The position numbers and the translations under genes are program-made. Below are positions 16,090 through 26,192 of a DNA stretch of 64,000 nucleotides, in pieces. Origin of the DNA: Candidatus Omnitrophota bacterium (GTDB taxonomy: Bacteria; Omnitrophota; Gorgyraeia; Zapsychrales; Fredricksoniimonadaceae); NCBI GenBank assembly GCA_015233145.1, contig JADFYI010000006.1, positions 4,514-68,513 of the forward strand, read 5' to 3'. The notes below the pieces were generated by a model. It saw only the letters and a program-made list of their open reading frames with translations, was not told the origin of the DNA and ran no database searches. Every line of letters starts with the position of its first letter. Within the stretch, counting starts at the first letter, position 1.

Positions 16090-16160
16090 GAAAAACCTTG
16101 CAGTATTGATTTATTGCAGAGTTTTTCTCTATCTTCCTTAAGGGGTTCGGGAGACCTGAG

Positions 16161-16202
16161 ACTATCTTTTTGAAACTATTTTCTTGACACTATTTTTTTG
16201 AC
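16161..16202. repeat. three in-phase tandem 14-bp repeats
   Basis: The units are ACTATCTTTTTGAA / ACTATTTTCTTGAC / ACTATTTTTTTGAC. They lie between the convergent VIT1 and macB genes. Confidence 0.7.
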
Positions 16203-16225
16203 AAAAAATCAACAAAACCCACCCG

Positions 16226-16250
16226 ACCGCGCAGGTCCGACCTGCGCGGT
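16226..16250. terminator. GC-rich hairpin between convergent genes (terminator; the T-run is on the macB side)
   Basis: The arms accgcgcagg / cctgcgcggt form a perfect 10-bp stem around the loop tccga. On the minus strand the hairpin is followed by ..GGGTTTTGTTGATTTTTTG. Confidence 0.55.
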
Positions 16251-16262
16251 TGGAGAGTTCGA

Positions 16263-18227
16263 CTATTCGTACCGCAGGGCTTCAATGGGATTGAGTTGCG
16301 AGGCCTGATGGGCGGGCCACAGGCCGAAAACAAGGCCGACCAGAATGGAAAAAATTGTAGCGACAAGGATCGAAAAAATAGAAATTTTAACAGCCCATCC
16401 GGCGGCCAATGTGATAATAAAAGACGTGCCCACCCCCACTATAATCCCGACAACTCCGCCAATCATGGACATGAGCACAGACTCAATCAAAAACTGGATC
16501 ATAATATCTTTATTATTCGCCCCCAGCGCTTTACGCAGGCCGATTTCCCTGGTGCGTTCCGTAACAGACACCAGCATGATATTCATAATCCCGATGCCCC
16601 CGACCAGAAGCGAGATCGCGGCAATAGCACCCAAGAGCATGCTCATGGTTTTGGTGCTCGATTCCATGGCCTGCTTGATATCCGACATGTTGCGGATCTG
16701 AAAAGAATCCTGGGCTTCTTTGGCTGTCATGTGATGCTGTTTTGAAAGCGCGGCCTGGACATCTGTCTGTGCCGCATCAATCACATCAGGGCTCTTGGCC
16801 TCGACATAAAGGCTGTCAATATACTGCTTGCCTAATAAACGGTACATGGTTGTGGTAATCGGGGTAAGAACCGTGTCATCCTGGTCTTGAAAGGTGCTTG
16901 CGCCGCGCGAAGGAAGAATACCAATGACCCTGAAATTAACCAGGTTGATTTTGATCACCTTTCCCACAGGATCTTCATCCCCAAAAAGCTGTGTCACAAC
17001 CGTGGTTCCCAGTAACGCCACCTTGCTTCTTGAGGACACCTCTTCATCTGTAAAAAATCTTCCGGCAATGGGGGTGGCGGCCCTGACTTTTTCATAAGAA
17101 GTCCCGGCGCCCTCCACCCGGGTATTCCAGTTCTTACCGCCGTAAACCAACTGAACCCGCCCTGTCACCGAAGGGCTGACATTACCTACTTTTTCAAGCT
17201 TCCCGATCGCTGTCACATCTTGAAAAGTAAACCGGGTCACTGCGCCGGCGCCCAGCGATATTCCCCCCGCCTGACTCGATCCAGGCCTGACCATCAAAAG
17301 ATTCGACCCTAAGGACGAAAGCTGTTGTTCAATCGAATCCTGAGCCCCCTTGCCTAAAGCAATCATGGCAATGACCGCGGCAACACCAATCAAAATCCCT
17401 AAAATAGAAAGAAAGGCCCGTAATTTATGGGCGACCATGGCAAAAATCGCCTGGCGCGCGTAATCCAGAAATTTCATGCTGCTGGAAACTTCCTTTAGGA
17501 CAGAATCGTCAACAGGCAAAAGATTTTTCTTGTTAGCAGCCGCGGTTCGTAAGGCTTCGCCCTGAAGCTGATCGGAAATAACCTGTCCGTCACGCATGGT
17601 GATGACACGGCTGGTCTGCGCCGCAATCTCAGGCTCATGAGTCACAATAATAATAGTTTTGCCCTTCTGATTAAGCGCCTTAAAAAGGCCCATGATCTCG
17701 GTTTTGCTTTTGGAATCCAGATTGCCCGTAGGCTCATCGGCAAGAATAATCAAAGGGTCATTGATGAGCGCACGCGCAATCGCCACGCGCTGCTGCTGTC
17801 CGCCGGAAAGTTCATTCGGGCAATGGTTCTCCCGATCGCCCAAACCCACATCTTTAAGCCTTTGATGCGCTGTCCCTTTAAGCCGGTCGTTGCCTCCGTA
17901 AATCAAAGGAAGCGTGACGTTGGCCAAAGCTGTCATACGGGGCAGTAAATGAAATTGCTGAAAAACAAACCCGATGTGCTTGTTTCTTAAAAGCGCCCAC
18001 TCGTTATCCGAGAGCTTGTTCACTTCCTGGCTGTTTAAGAAATACTCGCCGCTCTCCGGCCGGTCCAAAAGGCCCAGGGTATGCATGAGCGTTGATTTTC
18101 CGGAACCCGAAGGGCCGATGATCGACACAAACTCGCCGGCGGCGATAGTGAGCGTAACATCGCGCAGGGCGCGCACGTCAACATCACCCATGCGATAAGT
18201 TTTATTGATCTTTTTTAACTCAATCAT
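16263..18227 (-). CDS. macB: MacB-type ABC transporter, fused ATPase and FtsX-like permease
   Basis: Walker A is GPSGSGKST, the signature is [15 protein letters not shown] and Walker B is [11 protein letters not shown]. The C-terminal half has four TM segments and a large periplasmic loop. Confidence 0.9.
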   Translation of the reverse strand: MIELKKINKTYRMGDVDVRALRDVTLTIAAGEFVSIIGPSGSGKSTLMHTLGLLDRPESGEYFLNSQEVNKLSDNEWALLRNKHIGFVFQQFHLLPRMTALANVTLPLIYGGNDRLKGTAHQRLKDVGLGDRENHCPNELSGGQQQRVAIARALINDPLIILADEPTGNLDSKSKTEIMGLFKALNQKGKTIIIVTHEPEIAAQTSRVITMRDGQVISDQLQGEALRTAAANKKNLLPVDDSVLKEVSSSMKFLDYARQAIFAMVAHKLRAFLSILGILIGVAAVIAMIALGKGAQDSIEQQLSSLGSNLLMVRPGSSQAGGISLGAGAVTRFTFQDVTAIGKLEKVGNVSPSVTGRVQLVYGGKNWNTRVEGAGTSYEKVRAATPIAGRFFTDEEVSSRSKVALLGTTVVTQLFGDEDPVGKVIKINLVNFRVIGILPSRGASTFQDQDDTVLTPITTTMYRLLGKQYIDSLYVEAKSPDVIDAAQTDVQAALSKQHHMTAKEAQDSFQIRNMSDIKQAMESSTKTMSMLLGAIAAISLLVGGIGIMNIMLVSVTERTREIGLRKALGANNKDIMIQFLIESVLMSMIGGVVGIIVGVGTSFIITLAAGWAVKISIFSILVATIFSILVGLVFGLWPAHQASQLNPIEALRYE

Positions 18228-18238
18228 AGTGTCATCTC

Positions 18239-19222
18239 TTAACGCCTTGCCCCGCCCTGGCCACCGCCGGCCGGCCTGGCCGGCGCAAAAGGATTGGTGC
18301 CTGTGGTGCCTTTTGAAAGCGTAAACTTTTTTCTTTGAACAACAATCTGGTCGTCAGCAGTAACACCGGAAACAATTTCCACAACCGCATCATCCGTAAT
18401 CCCCACGACCACGGCATGGCGTACAGGCTGGGACGTCTCCGGAACTTTAAGCAGGACAAAACTTCCGTCTTTATCTTTATGAACCGCATCCACAGGAAGG
18501 GTAAAAATATTTTCTTTATACTGGCTCCTGAAATCCACGCTCACATTCATCCCGGACCGGCAGAATGCGGGCAGTTCATCGGCCTTCAAGTCCACGTCGT
18601 AAATGGTCACATTATTGACCGTCTTTGATTCATAATAAACATGCTCGACTTCGCTATCAATCTTTGTGTCCTGGTAAGCATCGAGGGTGGCAACAGCCTC
18701 CTGCCCCTCGGAAATCTTTCCAATATCTGTTTCATCCACCTGGGCCCTGAAGATCAACTTATCGGAGAGCACAATCACCGCATCCGCGGTTGTGACCGTT
18801 TGCCCGGGCTGCATGGTCGCCACAATAACCTGTCCGTTAATCGGCGCCACAAGCGCGATGGGCTTATACACGTCGTTCCAATAGGCTAAAGACTCGTCAC
18901 TCTTCCCCCGCGCGGCATCCAAAAGCGCGGCCCGGTCGGTTGAGCTCATCCACGCCACGATCTGGCCGGTCTTCACCATGTCGCCTTCCTTGACCAGAAC
19001 CTGTTCAACACGGCCGTTGACCGGTGGCCTGATCTCCAGGCGATTTTTGGGAAGCACAGTTCCGGTCGTTGAAATAAACGTTTCAATGGTCCCTTTTTTA
19101 AGATGAATAATCCTCGTGCCCTCCCTGGCCGCGGCATTGCTCCTCTCCCGTTGCACCCAAAAGAAGCCTGCGGCCCCCACAACAAGAACGATCCCCAGAA
19201 TGTAAAATTTATTGACTCGCAT
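18239..19222 (-). CDS. macA: HlyD/MacA-family periplasmic adaptor
   Basis: It has an N-terminal TM anchor and lipoyl/beta-barrel-like segments (VKEGDMVKTGQIVAWM). Its start overlaps the tolC-like stop by 14 nt. Confidence 0.85.
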   Translation of the reverse strand: MRVNKFYILGIVLVVGAAGFFWVQRERSNAAAREGTRIIHLKKGTIETFISTTGTVLPKNRLEIRPPVNGRVEQVLVKEGDMVKTGQIVAWMSSTDRAALLDAARGKSDESLAYWNDVYKPIALVAPINGQVIVATMQPGQTVTTADAVIVLSDKLIFRAQVDETDIGKISEGQEAVATLDAYQDTKIDSEVEHVYYESKTVNNVTIYDVDLKADELPAFCRSGMNVSVDFRSQYKENIFTLPVDAVHKDKDGSFVLLKVPETSQPVRHAVVVGITDDAVVEIVSGVTADDQIVVQRKKFTLSKGTTGTNPFAPARPAGGGQGGARR

Positions 19223-20483
19223 ACTCTAACGTTACTCCTTTCGCATTGATCCACTGCGCCTCGGCCAACATGGCATTCGCCTGGGCGTCCAAAAATGACT
19301 TTTTGGATTGCACCAGATTATCTTCAATAATGGTCCAGTTATCATAAGTAATGAACCCTGTGGAATATTGCGCTTCAGCGATTTTAGCGCGCTCCATATC
19401 TGCTTCCAGCGTCTTTTTTCTGACCTCAACAGACTCAACAGCCTCACGAAAACCCTCCCATTGCAGGGCCAGAGAAAAACTGACCGTGTTCTCGCTGCTG
19501 CGCAGCTGCGCCTCTGCCTGTTTCAATACCGCATCCGCTGAAGACACCTGAGCCTTGCGCAGGCCACCTTCAAAAATCGGGATGGAAACGGTCACCCCGG
19601 CGCTTAACCCCGCATCCTGGGGCGGCCACTGGCTTCCATCCTTATTCGCCCCGGCCTGCAATGACACCTGCGGATAATAACTGCCGCGCGTGGCCCTTAA
19701 AGAAAAATCCGCTGAATTCCTTTTCGCCAAAGACTCTTTCACAGACGGATGATTGGCCGTGAATGTTTTAAAGTCCGGCGTATCGCGTGTTGATTCCTTC
19801 ACAACCATTTCTTCGTTGGCTAAAACAGGAATAAATTCTTTTGTGCCCATGGCTTTATTAAGCTGTTTCTGGGACAACTGAAAATTTCTGACAGCCTGCT
19901 CTAAATCAAGCTTTGCCTGGAGCATGCTGGCCTCGGAATTTAAAAGGGCACCCTTATGCTCCAATCCCGCATTATAGCGAAGGGTAATGAGCTTTAACTC
20001 ATCTTCCCTGATTTTGGCAATCTCCTGGGTCACCTGCTTGTTCTGCTGGGCCTTCAAAAGATTGACAAACGCGGTCCTTAACTGAAACCTGATATCTGCC
20101 GACGTGAATGAATACGATTCCTCAGCCGCAATAATATTCTGGTCTGCGGCCTTGATATTGTTGCTGGATTTAAGTCCATCAAAAATAAGAAGCGAGCCTG
20201 AAACGCCGTAAGAATAGGAGTCAGAGGTCGTTGTTTTTTGGGAGTCTATTTTGCTCTTTGATTCCGCCCCGGAGGCGCTGGCATTAAGTAGGGGGAAAAC
20301 ACTGCTCAGCGTAATCCCCTTGGACGCCCTGGACTGATTAATGGTTTCCCTGGCGGAAATAAGGTCAGGATTGTTTTTGCTGGCTTCTTTAATACACTCA
20401 GGCCACGTCATGGTTTTCTCTGCGGCAAAAGCCATTTGACAAAAAAGCCCGAAACACAGCGTTAATAAAATGGTTTTTTTCAT
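19209..20483 (-). CDS. TolC-family outer-membrane efflux protein
   Basis: The sequence shows the two-repeat alpha/beta pattern typical of OEP family proteins. The track start at 20537 is TTG. The ATG at 20483 follows GGAGGAAGAGGA and gives the signal peptide MKKTILLTLCFGLFCQMAFA|A. Confidence 0.85.
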   Translation of the reverse strand: MKKTILLTLCFGLFCQMAFAAEKTMTWPECIKEASKNNPDLISARETINQSRASKGITLSSVFPLLNASASGAESKSKIDSQKTTTSDSYSYGVSGSLLIFDGLKSSNNIKAADQNIIAAEESYSFTSADIRFQLRTAFVNLLKAQQNKQVTQEIAKIREDELKLITLRYNAGLEHKGALLNSEASMLQAKLDLEQAVRNFQLSQKQLNKAMGTKEFIPVLANEEMVVKESTRDTPDFKTFTANHPSVKESLAKRNSADFSLRATRGSYYPQVSLQAGANKDGSQWPPQDAGLSAGVTVSIPIFEGGLRKAQVSSADAVLKQAEAQLRSSENTVSFSLALQWEGFREAVESVEVRKKTLEADMERAKIAEAQYSTGFITYDNWTIIEDNLVQSKKSFLDAQANAMLAEAQWINAKGVTLEYASQ

Positions 20484-20550
20484 GCCGGTCCTCTTCCTCC
20501 CTTTTGCCTTCCGTAAATTAGACAGAGAATAAGGCAAAAAGTTCCCTACA

Positions 20551-21657
20551 TTAGTTGATCAATGTATTAAAAACTTTCTGGGCTTTTTTTAAGGAAATGC
20601 AAATATTGGCCAGAAAATTTCGGCGGTTAAAAATCAAAACAGTGGCCCGTCGGTTGATTGTTTTGGTCCAGTGGGCCTCGAAAGGATAGCACGCGCCATA
20701 AAAATCAAAGCGTTTCATTTTTTGTTCAAAGCAATAACGGATAAGCTCGTATAAAATCGCCTGGCCTGGAGAAAATTTCTTGTACTCAGGATTTGAATAA
20801 TTAACCCCCAGCTTTAAGAAATAAAAAGTCCTTTCAAACACTATCCCGTAAATCGAGGCGATGGCCCCTCCGTTCACGCGCAGTGTGGCTAACAAAAATT
20901 GATGCTTGCCGGAAAAAACCTGGGAAATATTGTTATAAAACCTTGCCAACTCAGCGGAAGACTTAATGGTAATCGCGCCTTCGCGTTTCCATCCCGTATC
21001 TTCAAGATCGTAAAATTGCTGGACAGCCTTTTGGTCATAATCTTTAACAACTTCAAACGTCACCCTTCCTAAACGGGCCATTCTGTTGGCGATATTTTTT
21101 CTATTGTCGCGAAAACTGGCATTTAACTTACAGTAAAATGTCTCAAAGTCGCCTTGGATATCAATATAATACGCGCCGTCGCGCGGCTCGAGGAAAGAAC
21201 ACATCCCGGAATTATTGAAACACTGCGAAACCTCGCTCGGGATTGTAAAATCCGTCGGAATATAGCCCAGAACTATCATGCTCCAGTCATGATTGTTGTT
21301 CACAAGATGCGTTTTAAAAGCATTGAGCACTTCTTTTAAATCACCAGGAGCCGAGATAAAATTACAGGCCAAAGAATGTCCATTGGTGAGGGAATGGAAA
21401 CACGGGAGGGAAAAAACTTTGAGGGTTCTACATCTCATGCGCAAAAGGGGCAAAATCCCTTTCAAACGCCCTTCATTGCGGACAGTCATGATATATAAAG
21501 AACGGCCCTCATGAAAACTGTCCCACCACAGCCTTACCCACGCATGCGTAAAAAACGGCATGGGGTGTTCCATGGCGGCCACCAGGGCGTCCCATTCTTC
21601 TTTAAGAGAAAGAAACTCGTTTAAATCCTCGACAACATGAACCTGTCCATTATTCAT
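20551..21657 (-). CDS. GNAT-fold acetyltransferase, CelD/BcsL-like
   Basis: The N-terminus (FLSLKEEWDALVAAMEHPMPFFTHAWVRLWWDSF) and the size are typical of the CelD-like GNAT family. The track start is TTG; the in-frame ATG at 21657 is preferred. Confidence 0.65.
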   Translation of the reverse strand: MNNGQVHVVEDLNEFLSLKEEWDALVAAMEHPMPFFTHAWVRLWWDSFHEGRSLYIMTVRNEGRLKGILPLLRMRCRTLKVFSLPCFHSLTNGHSLACNFISAPGDLKEVLNAFKTHLVNNNHDWSMIVLGYIPTDFTIPSEVSQCFNNSGMCSFLEPRDGAYYIDIQGDFETFYCKLNASFRDNRKNIANRMARLGRVTFEVVKDYDQKAVQQFYDLEDTGWKREGAITIKSSAELARFYNNISQVFSGKHQFLLATLRVNGGAIASIYGIVFERTFYFLKLGVNYSNPEYKKFSPGQAILYELIRYCFEQKMKRFDFYGACYPFEAHWTKTINRRATVLIFNRRNFLANICISLKKAQKVFNTLIN

Positions 21658-21915
21658 GGCCAATATTATAACGGTATTAGCTCAGCAATGGGCTGTCTTT
21701 TATGACTTTTCAAAACGCTCAAAAAACCAATGCAAACCAAAGGAAGGCCGGAGGAAATGTCCGAAGCGAATTGTGAAGTGAGCTGATTGAGAAATACTCT
21801 TAACCGAGAAATTCCAAACTTGCCAGCGAACGAAACGCTGAGCGAAGGACATTTCCGTAGGACTTCCAACCCGCTGTGATGATTTCTAAACTTAAGGAAT
21901 GAAACACAAAAAAAC

Positions 21916-23112
21916 TTATAACACTTCTTTAAAACGCTTGGTGAGGAGGGGAACAACGGTAAAAAGATCGCCGACAATGCCGTAATTAGCGACATTAAAA
22001 ATCGGCGCTGAAGGGTCACGGTTAATGGCAATAATAATATCCGACGACTGCATCCCCACCAGATGCTGAATCTGGCCGGAAATGCCGCAGGCGATATACA
22101 CGTTAGGGCACACGGTTTTTCCTGTCTGGCCGACCTGATGGGAATAAGGCATCCATCCCTCATCAATCGCGGCGCGCGAAGCGCCGACCGCGCCGTTTAA
22201 CACCTTGGCCAGATCTTCCAGCATTTTAAAGGCCGCAGGCCCGCCCATGGCGCGTCCGCCGGAAACAATCACATTGGCCTCGGTAATATTGATCGTGGTC
22301 ATCACTTCATCAACCACGTTTAATATCTTGGCTCTCGATGCAAAAAATGAATTATCAAAATTCACAACCTCGATCTCGCCTTTTCTCTTGGGATCAGGCA
22401 CCGCTTCCTTCATGACCTTGTGGCGAACCGTGGCCAGCTGAGGCCGATGATACTTGGATAAAATCGTGGCCATGATATTGCCGCCGAAAGCCGGGCGCGT
22501 CTGGAGCAAATACCGTTCATCCAGGTTCACATCCAGGCCCGTGCAATCCGCTGTCAAACCGACGCGCAACTGAACCGCGACTCTCGAAATTACGGAACGG
22601 CCCATGGCTGTGGCCGGGCATAAAATAGCCTCGGGCCTGTACTTTCTGATAAGATTCGCCATGATCCGCGCATAAGGCTCGTCCAGAAGATGCTCGAGCT
22701 TGGGGTTGTCGATCACATAAACTTTGTCAGCCCCGCGATAAATCAAATCCTGGGCTTTGTCTTTCACGTTGGACCCAATAAGGACACACGCCACAGGGAC
22801 TTTTAATTTATCCGCCAATTCCCTGGCCTTCCCTAATAATTCATAGGCCACCGACTGAATAACGCCTTTTCTCTGCTCGGCAAAAACCCAGATGCCTTTA
22901 TATTTCTCAATATCCGGCGTGCGCGTGGTTTCACGGACAATGTCAATGGCACGGAACTTCTGGCAGGCCTCGACACACGCGCCGCATAACGTGCACTTAT
23001 CAAGGTCAATAACCGCCTTTTTATCAACAATCGTAATCGCGGCAAAAGGGCATGCCTTTTCGCACAGCGCGCAGCCAATACATTTATCTTTATAAACTGT
23101 TATTCCGCTCAT
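21916..23112 (-). CDS. etfA: electron transfer flavoprotein alpha subunit with N-terminal 2x[4Fe-4S] ferredoxin domain
   Basis: The N-terminus carries CIGCALCEKACP and CTLCGACVEAC. An EtfA core follows (VVSGGRAMGG, YIACGISGQIQH). Confidence 0.9.
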   Translation of the reverse strand: MSGITVYKDKCIGCALCEKACPFAAITIVDKKAVIDLDKCTLCGACVEACQKFRAIDIVRETTRTPDIEKYKGIWVFAEQRKGVIQSVAYELLGKARELADKLKVPVACVLIGSNVKDKAQDLIYRGADKVYVIDNPKLEHLLDEPYARIMANLIRKYRPEAILCPATAMGRSVISRVAVQLRVGLTADCTGLDVNLDERYLLQTRPAFGGNIMATILSKYHRPQLATVRHKVMKEAVPDPKRKGEIEVVNFDNSFFASRAKILNVVDEVMTTINITEANVIVSGGRAMGGPAAFKMLEDLAKVLNGAVGASRAAIDEGWMPYSHQVGQTGKTVCPNVYIACGISGQIQHLVGMQSSDIIIAINRDPSAPIFNVANYGIVGDLFTVVPLLTKRFKEVL

Positions 23113-23113
23113 A

Positions 23114-23896
23114 TTAGTGGTTTAAATCCTTTAGCAATTCGACCAACTGGTTGACAGATTCCTGGGGATCGCCTTCGAAAATCCTGCCCTTGGGCCTCGG
23201 AGGCGGAGTAAAAATTTTCCAGACCTCGGTGGGAGAGCCTTTAAGGCCTAAACGGCTTTCATCCGCATTGATGTCAGCGGCTTTCCAGACCGTAATCACG
23301 GCTGATTTGGCCTTCATCTTGCCCTTAAGCGACGGAAGCCTTGGCGTATTAATTTCCTTAACAACCGTAATGAGGCACGGCATTTTGGTTTGGACAACTT
23401 CATAGCCCTCTTCTGTGGCGCGCTCGGCTGTAATATTGTTGTCCTTGATTTCTTCAATCTTTCTCACATAAGTGATTTGCGGGATATCAAGCGTTGAGGC
23501 AACTCCAGGCCCGACTTGAGCGGTATCGCCGTCAATCGCCTGTTTTCCGCAAATGACAAGGTCATAATCCTTGATCTTTTCAATGGCTTTGGAAAGGGTA
23601 TAGCAAGTCGCCAAAGTGTCGGACCCGGCAAAGGCGCGGTCGCTGATAAGGACAGCGTCATCACACCCCAGAGAAATGGCTTCTCTTAAGACAGCCTCGG
23701 CCTGGGGCGGACCCATGGTGATCACAGTCACCTTGCCGCCATGCTTCTCTCTTAAGCGCACACCCTCTTCAATGGCATACATGTCAAAGGGATTCACAAT
23801 AGATTTGACGCCGTCTCTCACAAGATTCTTGGTGACCGGGTCAATCCTGACTTCTGTGGTGTCAGGAACCTGTTTTATGCAAACAATAATGTTCAT
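23114..23896 (-). CDS. etfB: electron transfer flavoprotein beta subunit
   Basis: The N-terminus is MNIIVCIKQVPDT and the motif AIDGDTAQVGP is present. The stop lies 1 nt from the etfA start. Confidence 0.9.
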   Translation of the reverse strand: MNIIVCIKQVPDTTEVRIDPVTKNLVRDGVKSIVNPFDMYAIEEGVRLREKHGGKVTVITMGPPQAEAVLREAISLGCDDAVLISDRAFAGSDTLATCYTLSKAIEKIKDYDLVICGKQAIDGDTAQVGPGVASTLDIPQITYVRKIEEIKDNNITAERATEEGYEVVQTKMPCLITVVKEINTPRLPSLKGKMKAKSAVITVWKAADINADESRLGLKGSPTEVWKIFTPPPRPKGRIFEGDPQESVNQLVELLKDLNH

Positions 23897-25047
23897 CTGG
23901 CTGTTTCTTTGATTAAGCCCATTGCAATAATATTGCGCTGGATCTGGTTAGTCCCTTCATAAATCTGGGTAATTTTGGCATCACGCATGTATTTCTCAGC
24001 CGGATATTCTTTCATATATCCGTAACCGCCAAAAATCTGGACAGCATCTGTCGTAACCTTCATGGCCACATCCGAAGCATACATCTTGGCCATGGCAGAA
24101 TGCGTTGCCACATCTTTTTTGCCGGCATCAACTTCACGGGCTGAGGCATACACCAAAGCGCGTGCCGCCTCAACTTGCGTCGCCATATCCGCCAGCATCC
24201 ACTGGATGCCCTGAAAACTGGAAATGGACTGGCCAAACTGCTTTCTCTGCTTGGCATACTTAAGGGCATGATCCAAAGCCCCCTGGGCAATACCCAGCGC
24301 CTGAGCCCCAATTCCCGGACGCGACGTATCAAATGTCCTCATCGCGGCAATGAACCCAAGGCCTTCTTTGCCTAAAAGATTTTCTTTAGGAATTTTGCAG
24401 TTATCAAAAATCAACTCTCTTGTGGATGAGGCGCGAATCCCGAGCTTGTCTTCCTTTTTGCCAAAACTAAAACCCGGAGTCCCTTTTTCAACAACAAAAA
24501 GGCTGGCGCCGCGGGCGCCCTTGGATTTGTCGGTCATGGCAATAACAGTGTAAGTTTCCGCATCTCCGCCATTGGTAATAAAATGCTTCACCCCGTTAAG
24601 GATGTAATGGTCGCCTTTTTTCTCAGCCGTGGTCTGAAGGGCGCTGGCATCGGAACCCGCCGCCGGCTCTGTCAAGCCGAACGCGGCCAGCTTCTCTCCC
24701 CTGGCTAACGGCGGAAGATATTTTTTCTTCTGTTCTTCAGTCCCATAAAGAATAATAGGGTAAGTCCCCAGGGCTGAGGCCGAATAACAAAGCGCAATGC
24801 CTGCGCACCCCTTGGAAAATTCTTCTGTGGCAATACACAATTCAAGAATACCACCGCCCATACCGCCATACTTTTCCTCAATATATACACCAAAAAGGTC
24901 TGACTGGGCCATGACCTTCATCACATCCCAGGGAAACTTTTCGGTTTTGTCCAACTCAGCGGCAATGGGGCGTATTTTCTCATCCGTAATCTGACGGCAC
25001 AAGTCACGAATCATGAGCTGTTCTTCTGTCAGTAAATAGTCGATCAT
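23893..25047 (-). CDS. short-chain (butyryl-CoA-type) acyl-CoA dehydrogenase
   Basis: Motifs FGLTEPAAGSDA, YEGTNQIQR and QIFGGYGY are present. The gene overlaps etfB by 4 nt. Confidence 0.9.
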   Translation of the reverse strand: MIDYLLTEEQLMIRDLCRQITDEKIRPIAAELDKTEKFPWDVMKVMAQSDLFGVYIEEKYGGMGGGILELCIATEEFSKGCAGIALCYSASALGTYPIILYGTEEQKKKYLPPLARGEKLAAFGLTEPAAGSDASALQTTAEKKGDHYILNGVKHFITNGGDAETYTVIAMTDKSKGARGASLFVVEKGTPGFSFGKKEDKLGIRASSTRELIFDNCKIPKENLLGKEGLGFIAAMRTFDTSRPGIGAQALGIAQGALDHALKYAKQRKQFGQSISSFQGIQWMLADMATQVEAARALVYASAREVDAGKKDVATHSAMAKMYASDVAMKVTTDAVQIFGGYGYMKEYPAEKYMRDAKITQIYEGTNQIQRNIIAMGLIKETAR

Positions 25048-25133
25048 TGCTCCTCCGATTGATTTTTTATTTTTCAGGAATTAAATTTTACCAATAATAT
25101 CATAGAAAGCAAAAAAGAAACAAATTTTTTTTA

Positions 25134-26192
25134 CTATCCCCTGTTTGCCGCTTTCTGCTGATTTGGGCTCATGGAAAGGATGGCGCAGGCTTTCTTAAAA
25201 ACACTATCAACCCCAATAGAATCAAATTTGCCGCTGACAACCTGGCCCTCACGATCAAGTTTAATCTCTTCATCTTTTTCGTTACAAATAAGGACGCTCA
25301 GGCTCCCTAACGGACGCCAGCGTAACGAGTTGATCCCTGGCTGAGAACGTAAAAAGAGCGAAATCACCGGAATCCCTACGGCAGCCCCCACATGAACAGG
25401 CCCGGAATCGTTGGACACTAAAAGATGAGAGCGCCTCAAAACACTGACCATCTGGGCCAGTGTCGTTTGCCCGGTTAAATCCACAGTGTTGTTGTTCCCT
25501 TTTTCCATAATTTTTTGGGCGGCTGATCGCGCATTCTCGGCACCAATAATAAGAACCGTGACCTGGCATTCATTGACAAGCCGCTCGGCCAGCCTCGCAA
25601 AAGAATCTGTGGGCCAAAGGCGCGTGGAACAACTGGCATCCGGATGAAGGGCCACAACAGTCTTTCCCAAAAGACCGTGTTTAATAAAAACTTTCTCAGC
25701 CCAGATGTCAGCATCCCTGTTAGCGGCGACTTCAATCGCAAAATCCTTGCCTTTAACACCGATACTTTCTAAAAGATCAAGGCAATACTCGGATTCATGT
25801 TTTTTACCAAAATGACGTTCATCCAAAACAGGACGGTTCAGCAAAAAACCGAATTTATTGTTCTTATACCCCAGCCGAACAGGGATTCCGGCCAAAAAAC
25901 ACGTTGCATTCGTTCGCCTTTTGGTGTGATAAATAATGGCCAGATCGAATTGGCGTTTGCGCAACATCGTCAAAAAATGAAGGTAACCGCGCCAGCCCAA
26001 AGAACGGTCTTCTGCCAGAACCTCATCTATAAAAGAAACGCCATTCACAAGGTCCTGGGTGGAACGGTCAACCCACAAAGAAATCCTGGCTGATGGAAAA
26101 CTTTTTCGAAGGGCCTTTAAGGCAGGCGTTGTCAAGACAAGGTCTCCCATCCGGTCAGAACGGACAACAAGGATATTCTTAAACTCTGTCAT
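25134..26192 (-). CDS. glycosyltransferase family 9 (LPS heptosyltransferase-like)
   Basis: Motifs ILVVRSDRMGDLVLTTPALKAL and NDSGPVHVGAAVGIPVISLF are present. Confidence 0.85.
   Translation of the reverse strand: MTEFKNILVVRSDRMGDLVLTTPALKALRKSFPSARISLWVDRSTQDLVNGVSFIDEVLAEDRSLGWRGYLHFLTMLRKRQFDLAIIYHTKRRTNATCFLAGIPVRLGYKNNKFGFLLNRPVLDERHFGKKHESEYCLDLLESIGVKGKDFAIEVAANRDADIWAEKVFIKHGLLGKTVVALHPDASCSTRLWPTDSFARLAERLVNECQVTVLIIGAENARSAAQKIMEKGNNNTVDLTGQTTLAQMVSVLRRSHLLVSNDSGPVHVGAAVGIPVISLFLRSQPGINSLRWRPLGSLSVLICNEKDEEIKLDREGQVVSGKFDSIGVDSVFKKACAILSMSPNQQKAANRG

Noticed and set aside
21753-21856. A GAGGAAATGTCC string reminiscent of the RNase P RNA GAGGAAAGUCC box, plus a 10-bp inverted repeat (ggaaatgtcc at 21753-62, ggacatttcc at 21847-56).
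   Set aside because: The gap is only about 250 nt and the box has an inserted T. None of the other conserved RNase P regions are visible. It is probably a chance match or a simple stem.
21666-22166. 166-aa minus-strand ORF spanning the etfA 3' end and the etfA-GNAT intergenic region.
   Set aside because: It overlaps etfA out of frame. Its translation is Cys/Leu/Ser/Phe-rich with no motif. The real genes on either side explain the region.
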